Source of the DNA: the human T2T-CHM13v2.0 reference genome, Homo sapiens
Reading direction: 5' to 3' (one strand)
Length of the DNA stretch: 64,000 nt
NCBI RefSeq assembly: GCF_009914755.1
Contig: NC_060925.1
The notes below the pieces were generated by a model. The model searched no databases. It was not told where the DNA came from and worked only from the letters and a program-made list of their open reading frames with translations. The position numbers and the translations under genes are program-made. The stretch's first letter is position 1. Every line of letters begins with the position of its first letter. Shown here piece by piece: positions 1-14,560 of this stretch.

Positions 1-530
1 GTTGAGAAACCATATATTCCTCCGTAATGATTTTAACTAAGGGAATCATACTATTTTTATAATGTAATTCAAAGATATGAATCTTATCCCCCTTTAAAAA
101 TGTTTATGAAATATTTGTATATCGTAAACTATGTTGAAGTTCAAGTAAACTAATTTGGGCAAGTCCAAAGGGATATTTTCTGTGACTGAACATTTATCTC
201 ATGTTTTCACTTTTTATAGTTGATAAGCAATAATTTATTTTCATAAGACATTTTAAAAACGCTTTTCAAAATTAGCTGACACCTTTAATGAAAAAAAATG
301 ATGTTATAGAAAGAGTATTATTCAGAAATTAATATAACATTTCACATCTGACTGGCCTGGGGGTAAATAAGGCTTATTATCATGAATGAAACTGTAATGA
401 TGAAAAGTGTAGAGAAAATCTCTTCTTAGTAAAATAGCCAGAATGTCTGAGTTTGCCAAAACCAGGAGAATCTTTGCTTTAAAACCTGTCTCATTCCCTG
501 AAGTTCACCTTTCCTCAGGAATCTCATTAA

Positions 531-938
<408 letters not shown>

Positions 939-1976
939 TAACCGTTTATTCCTGGTACGGTGTGGAGATCTTATAGCGAATAATTTTTAGTTACATGAAT
1001 TTTAGCCTATGCTATTCTAAATGAGAAGGTACATTTGATTGCCTAATGCCTTTCTATTTTGGGCAGTCATATTTAGGACTTTATACAAGGTGAGAAGCAT
1101 TAACAGATAGTACTTTGATTTTACTTTTTAGTAAAACTCTTTCACCTAAAGCTTATAAAGATAATGTGAAATTTATTGAGATAATCTGTCATTATGGAAA
1201 GATTACAAAGTTGATTACCCTAAGTACACTTCTACCACTCATCCTCTGAGTAGAAGGGCAGGAGGGTGGGGCAGGGCTGGAACAACTAACATTTCCTGGA
1301 ATTCCTACTCTGCTGGGCATATGGTAGACATGTTCACATGTATTCTTTTATTTTTAGTATACATAGAAATGTAGAAGTATAGGAAGTAGGGCAAAGAGAA
1401 GAAAAGCGTTGTGCATGGAATTATTCCTTCCTTTTTGTTTGTTTGAACGGTCAACTTGTTAACCCTCCACATTCTTTCTTCATCTGCTTTTGGCAGCAGC
1501 AAATACAGTTGATTGTTTCCAGTCTCTGAATCATAACTACCTGGGACTGCTGTATAGTGTTCACCTGGCCAGAGGTGCTTCTTTTTTAAGTTTTCAGAAG
1601 ACAACATTTGTACTTCTTAAAAAATGTTATTTGAGGATTAAAACATGAAGACAAAAGAAGAAAAAGAAAACCACTAGTACTTTAGACATGTTCAGATAGT
1701 CCTAACACTATTAAGACTCTATTCCTGTGTACAATAAAGATGATTTTCTGGCCTGTGGATTAAAAAGCATGGAAATACTCAAGAGCATCGCTTAAAATTT
1801 TTTCTTGTACTAGGAGAAAATGTTTGACAGTTGTATTTATTAAATATTTATCAAGATATAATACCTTTATTTTTATAATTCCTGATTACTTTCAAAATAA
1901 CATATTAATTTTAAGGATAACCTTGGGAGACAGCATAATTCTCATTTTTCAAATGAGAAAATTAAGGTTCAGATGT

Positions 1977-2331
1977 TAGATTAGTTTTTTAGTAATGCCG
2001 TAACACGGTACTACAAACAACAGAAATTTATTGTCTCTCAGTTCTGGAGGCTAGAAGTCCAGAATAAGGTATTAGTAGGTTTGGTTCTTTCTGAGGGCTG
2101 TGAAGCAGAATCTGTTCCATCCCTCTCTTCTTGTCTTCATCTGTTCTATGTCTGTCTTTGTTCAAATTTCCCCTTTATATAAGGATAGCAATCATATTGG
2201 ATTAGGCCCAGTCCTAATGACCAGATCTTAACATTTGCAAAGGCCCTATTTCTCACTAAGGTCGTATTTACAGGTATAAAGGGTGTAGACTTTAACATCT
2301 TTTTGGGGAAGACACAGTTCAATCCGTAACA
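1977..2331 (-). mobile_element. MLT1 (MaLR) solo LTR inserted into a MIR
   Basis: acagaaatttattgtctctcagttctggaggctagaagtcc ... gacacagttcaatccgtaaca; 5-bp TSD GATGT at 1972-1976 and 2332-2336. Confidence 0.8.
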
Positions 2332-3408
2332 GATGTTAAGTCCTTTCCTCTCCTAAATAGTGTCTCGTAAGTAGGAAAGTTTGACATAGCACATTGTAGT
2401 GCCACTAAAATGGTAGTTTTAAAAGAACATGACAATATATTTATAATACCACATTTAAAATTCATTTTCTAATACTGGCTTATGTCTGGGGAGATTTTAT
2501 TTTAAATTAACTAAGTTTCTAAAATATTAATAGAATTTTGGGTTGTAATGGTTTCAAACTTTTTCTTCAAATAATAAGTAAGTGATGACACCAACTGTGT
2601 AAAGTTATTCAAAACCCAGTGCTTAGATCTGGCTTTATGTCTGAACTTCCATTAATAAAATGTAGACTTGTAAAATGTGGACTCCTCTATAAGATCTTGA
2701 AATGTCCATCAGAATACTGTTTAAATTGTTGCAAGAGCAATCTGACAGTGGAATATCTGTACATTTCATATTTATGTAAAAATTGTGGTTTTACCAGTGT
2801 TAATACACATCTTGTGACTAGGGATTTCTGAGTGTTGGAGAGGTCAAAGCCATACTAGGATAACCAAAAAAAAAAAAAAACTGTATAGTGGTTTGTTCAT
2901 CTGTTTCCTTTTTCTTTCTTTGCTGTTTTTTTAAATTTCAAAATAATTTGAGAGTTACAGAAAAAATGAAAGAATAGTGCAAACAACTCATCCTGGAACC
3001 TTTTGAGAGTAAGTTACTGACTTGATGCTCTGTCACCCCCAACTACTTTACTGTCCCTACAAATAAGGACATTCTTCTTCATAGCCACAATACAAACATA
3101 AAACTCAGAAAATTAACATTGACAGGTTACTATCGACTAATCCGTAGACCCTATTCAAATTTTGCCACTTGTCCCCAAAATGTCCCTTACACCAAAATAA
3201 TCCAATCCAAGACTGCACATTGGATTTAGTTGTCATATCTCTTTACTGTTGTTCAATCTGGAATAGTTCCATAAGTCTTTTTGATTTCTAGGGTCATGGC
3301 ACTTTGGAAGAATACATTTTGTGGAATGTTTTTGAATTTGGGTTTACCTCATGGTTCCGCATGATTAGATTCAAGTCATGCCATGCATCTTTGACAGGAG
3401 TGTCATAG

Positions 3409-3768
<360 letters not shown>

Positions 3769-3919
3769 TGACTGATTACGTTACCTTTGATCGCTTAAGG
3801 TGATGTTTGTCAGTCTTGTCTTCTGTAAAGTTGTGCTTCTCTTTGTAATTAATAATTATTTTATGGGGAAACTGTAAATTTTCATCACCAAGTTTTCATT
3901 TACTAGATTTAATAGTGGT

Positions 3920-4213
3920 CCTCTCTCCCTCCCTTCCTCCTTCCCTGGTCTCACTCTGTCCCCAAGCTGGAGTACAGTGGCATAATCATAGCTCACTGAA
4001 GCTTCAAACTCCTAGGCTTAAGAGATCCTCCCACCTCAGCTTCCTGAGCAGCTGGCACTATAGGTGCATGCCACAACACCTGGCTGACTTTTTTGTAGAG
4101 ACAGGATCTCACTATGTTGTTCAGGCTGATCTCAAACTCCTGAACTCAAGTGATCCATCTGCCTAGGCCTCCTAAAGTGCTGGGATTACAGGCATGAGCC
4201 ACCGTGCCTGGCC
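3920..4213 (-). mobile_element. AluJ
   Basis: Diverged antisense dimer with CT-rich tail. Confidence 0.85.
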
Positions 4214-6888
4214 TTTTGTTATTTCTTGACTGAACTTATTACTGTGATGGTTTTCAAATATTGATTTCCCAATTATATTATTCTACATTATTTGGAATCC
4301 TACTATAAGGGAAAGCTTTCTCTTCTCTATATTTATATCTGTATGGACTCATGAATTCCTTTAAGCAATAGTTATAATTCATTCATTTTTTTTTCCTTAT
4401 CCAGATTGTCTAAAATTTGGCTAATGGGAATGCCTTCAAACTGGTCTTGTATCTTTTTCACATATTCCCATAATTTTTTAAAGTGCTTCCACTAGTGGTT
4501 TTTTTTTTTTTTCTTTGAGAATCCCTGTTTTATTAATAGTAGAAAGTAGCATTTAGAAGTCAAGATGTGGGTGCCAAGTATGGTTATTGCTGTAGGGGTA
4601 CTATTGCCCCCAGGCACTCCATGGACAGAACTAGAGAATAGAATATATGTATATGTGTGTGTATTTCACTTAAAGCTGTGTTTATTTTTGCATTTATATA
4701 TTTTGAAAACCATTGACTTTATACCAAAACTTCTAATTCCAATTTAGTATTAGAGAGTTGATTCTAGTTTTTTTCTCTGTTTAAGGTTTTAGTTCCTTTC
4801 CCCAACAGTGGTACACTTCACTCTCATTATCCTTAAAATAATTACTTACTACAGTTTCTCTCTCCATATAACCAGTCTCCTCATTGCTTCTCCCCACTCA
4901 CTTTCCTAAGCTTGGATGCCTGCCTTACTCAGCCCCATCTAATGACTTTTGGACTGAATTATGAAAAAAAGTTCATTTTTTAATGACAAATATTAAAGTA
5001 AATTGGACAAATTTGCTTCTACTACACCACCTTTGGTTAATTTGCTTCCTCTATTCTTATTTATTTTTAATTTGGAACCCTATTAGTTCCATGTTGATGG
5101 AAATTCTTTGAGATTTTTAAAATTAAGCTTAATTAGGCATTTTATATTATCTTAATCCTACTCTTAGGAGCTGTTACATTTAAGGTGTTAAAGATAATTA
5201 GCTGGCTAACTAGAGATGCTCTGAACATTGATTATTTTTAATTTCAACGCATATAATCAGTTTAAAATGAATTGCTTTCGTTATATGAAAACATTCCATC
5301 ATTTATGAAGAACAATAAGGACTTTTTACTGTTTTTAAGTCAATTCTGGTCTCATTTACCTCAGCTCTAAATTCTTTTCATAGAACATTATTTATGAACA
5401 AATAATGCCAGAAAATAAGATGAATTCCAAAAAAATCAAGGAGTTACTATATGTGCGAAGATGATTTATGTGCAGATTTTTTCTTATTAGAATGGTCTAG
5501 GGATATTGATTAACTTTGGAAGTTGTTAGCAAAATATAAATAGCAAATATAAAAAGAATATTTAACTCCTGGACTGTTAGAGAGGGGAAGAAAGGGGAAT
5601 AAAGAAATTGCATTTAATATTAAAAACCAGGAAAGGGGGGAAGGGAGATCCACAACAAAGAACAACTAAAGTAAATAAAAACTGTAAAATGACATGATGG
5701 GAAAAGGCCAAATATATCAGTAATCACAAAGGAAGTAGTAAATGGGTTAAACAAACCTCTACTCAGATTGGATTTTTAAAAAATGAAATGAAAATCCTAT
5801 CTATTTCTTTTCATAAGTGACATACCTAAAACCAAATGACACAGAAAAGATAATTAATGAATCTATGGAGCTATGCCAGTCAAATAGTATAAAAACAAAA
5901 GAGCTGTTATAACAGTAAATTCTGAGGCCAAAAAAAGGAGGGAGGTAGATAAAGGAGAATAATTTTAAAGTGATAAAGGAACAGTTTACCAAGCAGAAAT
6001 GTCCATGTACGTAAAAATGTTTAATATAAAATGCCTAATAATCAATAGACATAATTACCACGATGACAGAGATGTTAGGATTATCTGACAAGGATTTTAA
6101 AGCAGCTGTCATAAAAATGCTTCAGTGAGTAATTATGGACACACTTGAAACAAATGAAAAAAATGTGGAGTCTGAGCAAAGAAATAGGCCTCAGTAGATA
6201 GAAAATACAAAGAAAAACTAAATAGAAATTTTAGAACAGACAGCTACAATATCTGGATTAAAACTCACTGTGTAGGCTTACAACAGAATGGAGGAGACAG
6301 AGTGAACTGGAAGGTGGAACAATAGAAATTACCCAATCTGAACAAGAAAGAGAAAAGAGAACAAATAATCAGTGGACCCTCAGGGACCTTTAGGACTACA
6401 ACAAAAATTCATCTGAATGCTGGGAAGAGAGGAGAAAGAGGGTAGGGCTGAAAAGTACTTTCAGAACACTGACTGAAAACTCCCCAAATTTAGTAGAAGG
6501 CATATACCTATATAGATTTAAGAAACTGAGCAAATTTCAAACAGAAAAATTTCACAAAACAAAAAAATCTCCAAGATACATTATAATAAAACTTTATATA
6601 AACTGGAGACAAAGGAAAAATCTTGAAAACAGAGAGAAATGACACCTTACCTATGGGAAAAACAATTCCAGGGATAGTGGATTTCTTAGCAGAAACCATG
6701 CAAGCCAGGAGGCCAAGGCATATTTTTCAGGTAGAGAGAGAGCTCAGACTCCCCCAAATCTGTATCTAGCAAAAAATATCCTTCAGGAATGAAGGGAAAA
6801 TCAAGACATTGTTAGGTGAAGGAAAAGAAAGAAAATTTACCTCCAGCAGACCTACCCTAAAAGAATGACTAAAAACAAAAGAGAAATG

Positions 6889-7168
6889 TAATCATGTTCC
6901 ATATAACAATGTTTCAGTCAATGATGGACAGTGTATATAACCGAGATCCCATAGGTTATAATGGAACTGAAAAATTCCTATTGCTTGGTGATGTCTTGAT
7001 GATTCTGGCCCTGTGTAGGCCTAGTCTAATTTGAGTCTTAGTTTTTAACAAAAAAAAATTTCAAATAGAAAAAGCTCATAGAAAGGATGTAAAGAAAGAA
7101 AATATTTTTTGTGCAGCTATACAATGTCTTTGTATTTTAAGCTACTATGGGTTATTACAAAAAATCAT

Positions 7169-7211
<43 letters not shown>

Positions 7212-8501
7212 TTTTTTCTTTTGGAGACAGAGTCTTGCTCTGTCGCCTAGGCTGGAGTGCATTGGTGCAATCTTGGCTCACTGCAGCCTCCACCTCCTTG
7301 GTTCAAGCAATTCCCCTGCACACCAAGCGTGGCTAATTTTTTTTTTTGTTTGTGTGTCTTTTTTGGAGATGGAGTCTTACTCTGTTTCCCAGGCTGGCGC
7401 ACTCTCGGCTCACTGCAACCTCTGCCTCCTGGGTTCAAGCAATTCTCCTGCCTCAGCCTCCTGAGTAACTGGAATTACAGGCATGCGCCACCACGCTCGG
7501 CTAATTTTTGTAATTTTTTAAATAGAGATGGGGTTTCACCATTTTGGTCAGGCTGGTCTTGAACTCCTCACCTTATGATCCACCCCCCTTGGCCTCCCAA
7601 AGTGCTGGGATTACAGGCGTGAGCCACCGTGCCCAGCCAATTTTTTTTTTTTTGTGAGACAGAGTCTTGCTCTGTCGCCTAGGCTGGAGTACAGTGGCAC
7701 GATCTCAGCTCACCGCAACCTCCACCTCCCGGTCTCCTGCCTCAGCATCCCAAGTAGTGGAATTACAAGCATGTGCCACCACGCCCAGCTAATTTTTGTA
7801 TTTTTAGTAGAAATGAGGTTTCATCTCGTTTGTTGTTGGCCAGGCGGGTCTCGAACTCCTGACTTCAAGTGATCTGCCTGCCTCAGCTTCCCAAAGTGCT
7901 TGGATTACAGGCATGAGCCACCACACCTGGCTAAAAGTCAAATTTTTTTTTTAATGAAAAGTTTATAAATTAAATAAGTTACAGTGAGCTAAGGTTAACT
8001 TATTATTCAAGAAAGAAAAATATATTTTTATAAATTGAGTGTAGCCTAAGTGTACAGGCTTTCTCTAGTTGACACTAGTGTACAGTAATGTCTTAGGCCT
8101 TCATTCACATTCACTCACAACTCCTTCACTGGCTCACCCATAGCAATTTTAGTCCTGCAAGTCCCATTCATGGTAAGTGCCCTATACAGGTATACTATTT
8201 TTAATCTTTTATACTGTATTTTTACGGTATCTTTTCTATGTTTATGTATGTTTAGATATTCAAATACCGTTTTAGAAATACTTGTTAGAAATGCAAATAC
8301 CATTGTGTTACAGTTGCCTACAGTATTCACACTAACATGCTGTATAGATTTGTAGCCTAGGAGCAATAGGCTATGCCATATAGCCTAGGTGTATAGTAGC
8401 CTGTACCATCTAGTTTTTTGTAAGTATGTTCACACAGTGATGAAACCACCAAATGACACATTTCTTAGAATATAGCCCCATTGTTAAACAAAGTATGACT
8501 A
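6889..8501 (+). mobile_element. Tigger3/Golem-family DNA transposon (Tigger3b-like), interrupted by Alus
   Basis: Ends resemble CAGTCATG...CATAACGACGTTTC and GTTAAGCGACGCATGACTG; internal tacagttgcctacagtattca. Confidence 0.75.
7167..7932 (-). mobile_element. Cluster of three antisense Alus (partial right arm plus two AluS) with a (TTTA)n tail at 7167-7213
   Basis: Three successive T-rich tails, each followed by Alu sequence. Confidence 0.88.
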
Positions 8502-9337
8502 TATACTTGGTTGTAAATCCAACAAAACATGTACAGGAAGTGCGTGCTGAGAACCACAAAATGCTGATGAGAGAAATCAAGGAAGATACAGAGTAAGGGA
8601 GAGATATATACTATATTCAGGGATTAGAAGATAACATAGGAAAGATCAGTTCTCCCCAAATTGATATACAGGTTTAATGCAATTTCTATCAAAATTCTCA
8701 CAGACTTTTTTTCTAGACATGAACAAGAATAGTCCAAAATTAATAGGAAATGCAAAGGAATTGAAATAGCTGAAAAAATTTTGAAGAAAAATAAAATAAG
8801 AAGAGTCAGTTACCCCAATTTCAAGACTTATTATATAGCCACAGGAATCAAGCCTGAGAGTATTGGTGGAGGGATAAACACAGATCAGTGGAACGGAATA
8901 TTGAACCCAGAAATTGACCCAGAGATGTATAGCCAACTTATTTGTGACTAAGGTACAAAAACAATTCAATGGAGTAAGGACAGTGTTTTTGACAAATGAC
9001 TGAAGAAAAAAACAAAACAGAAACTCAACCTAAACCTCACATAAAAAAACAAAACAGAAGAACATCTTCAGGATGCAGGATTTGATGAACAGTTTTTAAA
9101 CGTGACACCAAACATACAATCCATAAAAAATTGATGAATTGGCTTATCAAAATTAAAATATTTTGCTATGTGCAAACCTCTGTTAAGAGGATGAAAAGAC
9201 ATGGTCCACAGTGGGAGAAAATATTTGCAAAGAACATATCTAATAAAGGACTCCTGTCTACAATGTATAAAGAACTTTCAAAATTCAACCCTAAGGAAAC
9301 GATTCATTAGAAAATGAAATTTTTGGATTTTTTTAGA

Positions 9338-9620
9338 ACACCTGTAATCCCAGAACTTTGGGAGGCTGAGGCAGGTGGATCACAAGGTCAGGAGTTCAAG
9401 ACCAGCCTGGCCAAGATGGTGAAACCTCGTCTCTACTGAAAATACAAAAATATTAGCTGGGCATGGTGGCATGCACCTGTAATCCCAGCTACTTGGGAGA
9501 CTGAGGCAGAGAATTGCTTGAGCCCAGGAGGCAGAGGTTGCAGTGAGCTGAGATTGCGCCACTGCACTCCAGCCTGGGCAACAGAGCAAGACTCTGTCTC
9601 AGAAAAAAAAAAAAAACAAA
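9338..9620 (+). mobile_element. AluS, slightly 5'-truncated
   Basis: Alu consensus with A-tail. Confidence 0.9.
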
Positions 9621-9885
9621 ACTTCAAAAGAAAGAAATAGACATGTCACTGAAGAGGCTGTATGGATGGCAAATAAGCACATAAAAGGGTGTTCAGTATT
9701 ACTAGCCACTAGGGAAATGCAAATTAAGATCACCATGAGCTATCACTGCACACCTACTAGAACAGCTAAAATAAAAAATAGTGACAATACCAAATGCTAG
9801 TAGATTTGGAGAAGCAGATCTCTCACATTGTTTGTGGGAATGTAAAGTGTTACAGGTATTCTGAAAAATATCTGACAATTTCTTA

Positions 9886-10190
<305 letters not shown>

Positions 10191-10211
10191 CGAAATCCCT
10201 AAACCTAATAC

Positions 10212-10615
10212 ACATAGAGTTTGGATATTTGTCCCCACCCAGATCTCATGTCAAATTGTAATCCCCAGTGTCGGAGGTGGGGCCTGGTGGAAAGTGTTTA
10301 GATTATGAGGGTGGATCCCTCATAGCTTGGTGCGGTCTTCTTGATAGTGAGTTCTCATGGGATCTGGTTATTTTAAAGTGTATGGCAACCCCACTCCCCA
10401 GTCTCTGTCTCTCTTGCTCCTGCTTTTGCCATATGGCATGCCTGCTCCTGCCTTCACTTTCTACCATGATTGTAAGCCTCCTGAGATCTCCCCAAAAGCA
10501 GATGCTGCTATGTTGCCTATACAGCCTGCGGAACCTGAGCCAATTAAACCTCTTTTCTTATGCATTACCCAGCCTCAGGCATTTCTTTATAGCAATGTAA
10601 GAATGGCCTAATACA
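10212..10615 (+). mobile_element. MST (MSTB-like) MaLR solo LTR, sense orientation
   Basis: gtttggatatttgtccccacc...aattgtaatccccagtgt...ccaattaaacctcttttc...ctaataca. Confidence 0.85.
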
Positions 10616-10880
10616 TACATATGCCCTATGAGCTGGCAGTCTCACTTCTGTGCATTTATCCCAGAGAAATAAAAAATTATGTTCACATAAAAATATGTAT
10701 ACAGATGTGCTTTACATATTATATATGAGTCCTGTATCAGAAATGTGCTTTGCCAATATTTTTCCCCAGTGTTGACTTGTCATCCTCTTTACCTCCTATG
10801 TACGAATGTTTACAGCAGGTTTATTTTAATAACCTAAAACTTAGAAACAGCCAAAAAGTCCCTCAATAAGTAAATGCCTA

Positions 10881-11223
<343 letters not shown>

Positions 11224-12294
11224 CCCTGAAATTAAAAAACAAGCAAACTGTGGTACATCCATACCATGGAATACTTAATATTCAACGAGAAAAAGGAATA
11301 ACTATTGATACACACCAAAGCTTTGTTGGATCTCAAAGGCATACATAATGCCAAGTAAAAAATGCCAATCTCAAATGGTCACGTTACTGTATGTTTCCAT
11401 TTATATAACATTACCAAAATAACCAGTTATGAAGGTGGATAGCAGATTAGTGGTTGTTAGGGATTAGAAATAGCCAGAGGGATAGGAGTTGGTGTGACTG
11501 TCATGGGGTAGCAGGACGGAATTCTTTGTGATGAAATAGTTCTGTATCTTGATTGCAATGATAGTTACATGAACCTGCACATGTGACATTAAAATGACAT
11601 AGAAGCATACTTTATATCAAGAGCAATTGTTTGGATTTAATATAATGGTGTAGTTACATAAGACGTAACCAGTGGAGAAATTAATGAATGGTACATGGGA
11701 CCCATCTTTGAAGATTCCTTTGCATTTCTAGTAATTTCAAAATAAAAAGTCAAAAACAAAAGAGAGGGATATCATAGTTGCTATAGGATTTCAGAAGAAG
11801 AAATAGTTCCTTGATAACTAGGAGAATGAGGGAAGACCTGAGGCCATAGCTTTTGAATAGTTTTTATAGGATAGGTAGACTTTTCACGAAACAATACAGG
11901 GAAAAGAAGGGTATTTTAGACAGATCGAGGTTAATGTTTATGGAATGACTGCCACTGTATTATTATTAAGAAATGTTAGTAACATCTGATTAGTCTGAAG
12001 AATAATTAACTTAATGAGGAGGAATGTATCTTTAGATTTTATATCTGATATAGAACTCTGAGATATTTGTTACCCTTGTGGTGTCACACAGATTCTGGAA
12101 GCCTGAGTGTAACAGATAAAGAGAGAAAACATAAATTACCAGTATCAGAAATGAAATGGAACAGTTCAAAAAATGGATGGGAATAATCAAAGCTGCCTGG
12201 GTTTTAAACAAAACAAGGCTTATTTTTTCATGGATTTAAGAAATTGAATCAGAGAAGAACTCACATTTTATTTGTTGAAATAGGATAACTCTAA

Positions 12295-12602
<308 letters not shown>

Positions 12603-12768
12603 TAATACTAGACAACAATGTCAAGACAAATTACTATATGGTCCTGTGTTAAAACTCTGTAGTGACCTATTCTTTTTCTCCCTGGAATGTTCACAGTTTG
12701 TCATTACACCTTTTGGTGATTGCTTAATATTTCTATTATTCAGTTACAAGCCTTCTGAAACTTGTCCT

Positions 12769-13248
12769 TGTCGAGACCAGCTCAGTCGTGGAGACCCTAA
12801 CCCAGTGGCGCTAGAGGAATTAAAGACACACACACACAAATATAGAGTGCAGAGTGGGAATCAGGGGGCTGACAGCCTTCAGAGCTGAGAGCCACGAACA
12901 GAGCTTTACCCACATATTTATTGACAGCAAGCCAGTAATAAGCCTTGTTTCTATAGATTATAGATTAACTAAAACAGGAAACAAAGAGATGGACTCTGGC
13001 TAGTTATCTGCAGCAGGAACATGTCCTTAAGGCACAGATTGCTCATGCTATTATTTGTGGTTCGGGAATGCCTTAAGCAGTTTTCCATCCTGGGTGGGCC
13101 AGGTGTTCCTTGCCCTCCTTCCGGTAAACCAACAACCTTCAGCATTGGCATCATAGCCATCACAAGCATGTCACAGTGCTGCAGAGATTTTGTTGATGGC
13201 CATTTTGGGAGCCTGTCTATGGCCAGATTTGGGGGCCTCTTCCCAACA
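12769..13248 (-). repeat. 3' LTR (MER9)
   Basis: Minus strand begins TGTTGGGAAGAGGCCCCCAAATCTGGCCATA, preceded by polypurine tract AAAAAGGGGAGACA (about 13249-13262). Confidence 0.92.
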
Positions 13249-13261
13249 TGTCTCCCCTTTT

Positions 13262-14560
13262 TGTTTTTGCAAGATGATAAAAGCAAAGGTGGCTTTATCA
13301 CAGTGAGCTACTTCTCGCAGGAGTCGGGATCTGCATCTGCAGACTATACACAGACAACACAGATTAAAAGCACGATCATCATTGAAATCACAGAGTCTCC
13401 AAGAGTTTTTATCCATTTTAACGGGTTAATAGCTGCTAATCATTTGCAGCTCCTTCAAGCACTCCAGTTCCTGGCATTAAGGTCACGTGTGCCTGGGATG
13501 CTTTAAGTATTTGTTCTTTTAATTTTGCAATATCCAAAGACAAGTTTGTAGAGTGTCCTTCTAGATGCTTTTTTATTCTTTCCCAAATTTTGATCTTATT
13601 AAGAGCCATTAATAGTTTCCACAAATCCTTATGTTTAGCTCCTACAGTGGGCCATATCATTTGAGGTTGAGGTGCCACTAGACCGCCATGTTTTCAGATA
13701 ATAGGAACTCTTGCCATACTTCTTACCATTTCTACCATTTGACCGTTTTGTTTAGAGGAGCTGAACATAGTGTGGCCATGGCACGCAGACTGAGAGGTGC
13801 AGTTCAAGCTAAACATCCCCTTAGGGGACCAATCAATAATGATGCCATAGGAATCATTGCTCAGCACCTCTGCCTGTTCTGCAATGCAATCTTCCCAAAC
13901 AAGTATGTTCATTTTTTCTGACCAGGTCCAATCCTGTTTACAAATTTGTTTTTGAGGGCCGTATGCCTCAATTATAAGAGCAGATTTATTATGGTAAATA
14001 CTGAGACCAGAAAGCATGTGTAACTGTGTCATAAAGTGATTATGTCCAGGCATTATTTGCCAGCCAAGATTGATAGCGAGGGGGTAGGCAACTAGTGGCC
14101 TTTCTCAAACAGATAGGCGGACATTCAAATCCTAAACAAATATTCATAACAGTTCTTTTCTCATGTGAGTGAGATGGGCCTCTAACATCTGTAGCACTGA
14201 GCATCCAAGAGCTATCATTAGTGTATACCTCCACTGGGGGGGTCCAGCCAAGTTACAGGCCATAGAAGTGGTAGAAAAGGTAAATATGCCCAATAAGTAT
14301 AATTGTTCTCTGTGTCAGCCTTTGCTAAGGGAATACTCACGGTATTGGTGATCACCGCTATCATAGCTATCATTAGATTGATTACTCATTGTGACTGGTT
14401 GTCCTGCTTTCCTCAGGTTTTCTTCCATCATCTGTGACAGCTTCTTGATCTGTCCCCAGGTAGGTGGCTGTATTTGACGGGTGTTGCTCATGACAGTTGA
14501 GGTCCTCCTCAGTGTCATTCTTGACATGGCTGCAACCAGGGGGTTTTTGGGATCCTCCCA
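13262..14560 (-). pseudogene. HML-3 env remnant with internal deletion
   Basis: Leader PPTWGQIKKLSQ; SU motifs GIIIDWSPKG and HKDLWKL; TM segment [12 protein letters not shown]; hydrophobic anchor near 13330-13400. Confidence 0.85.
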
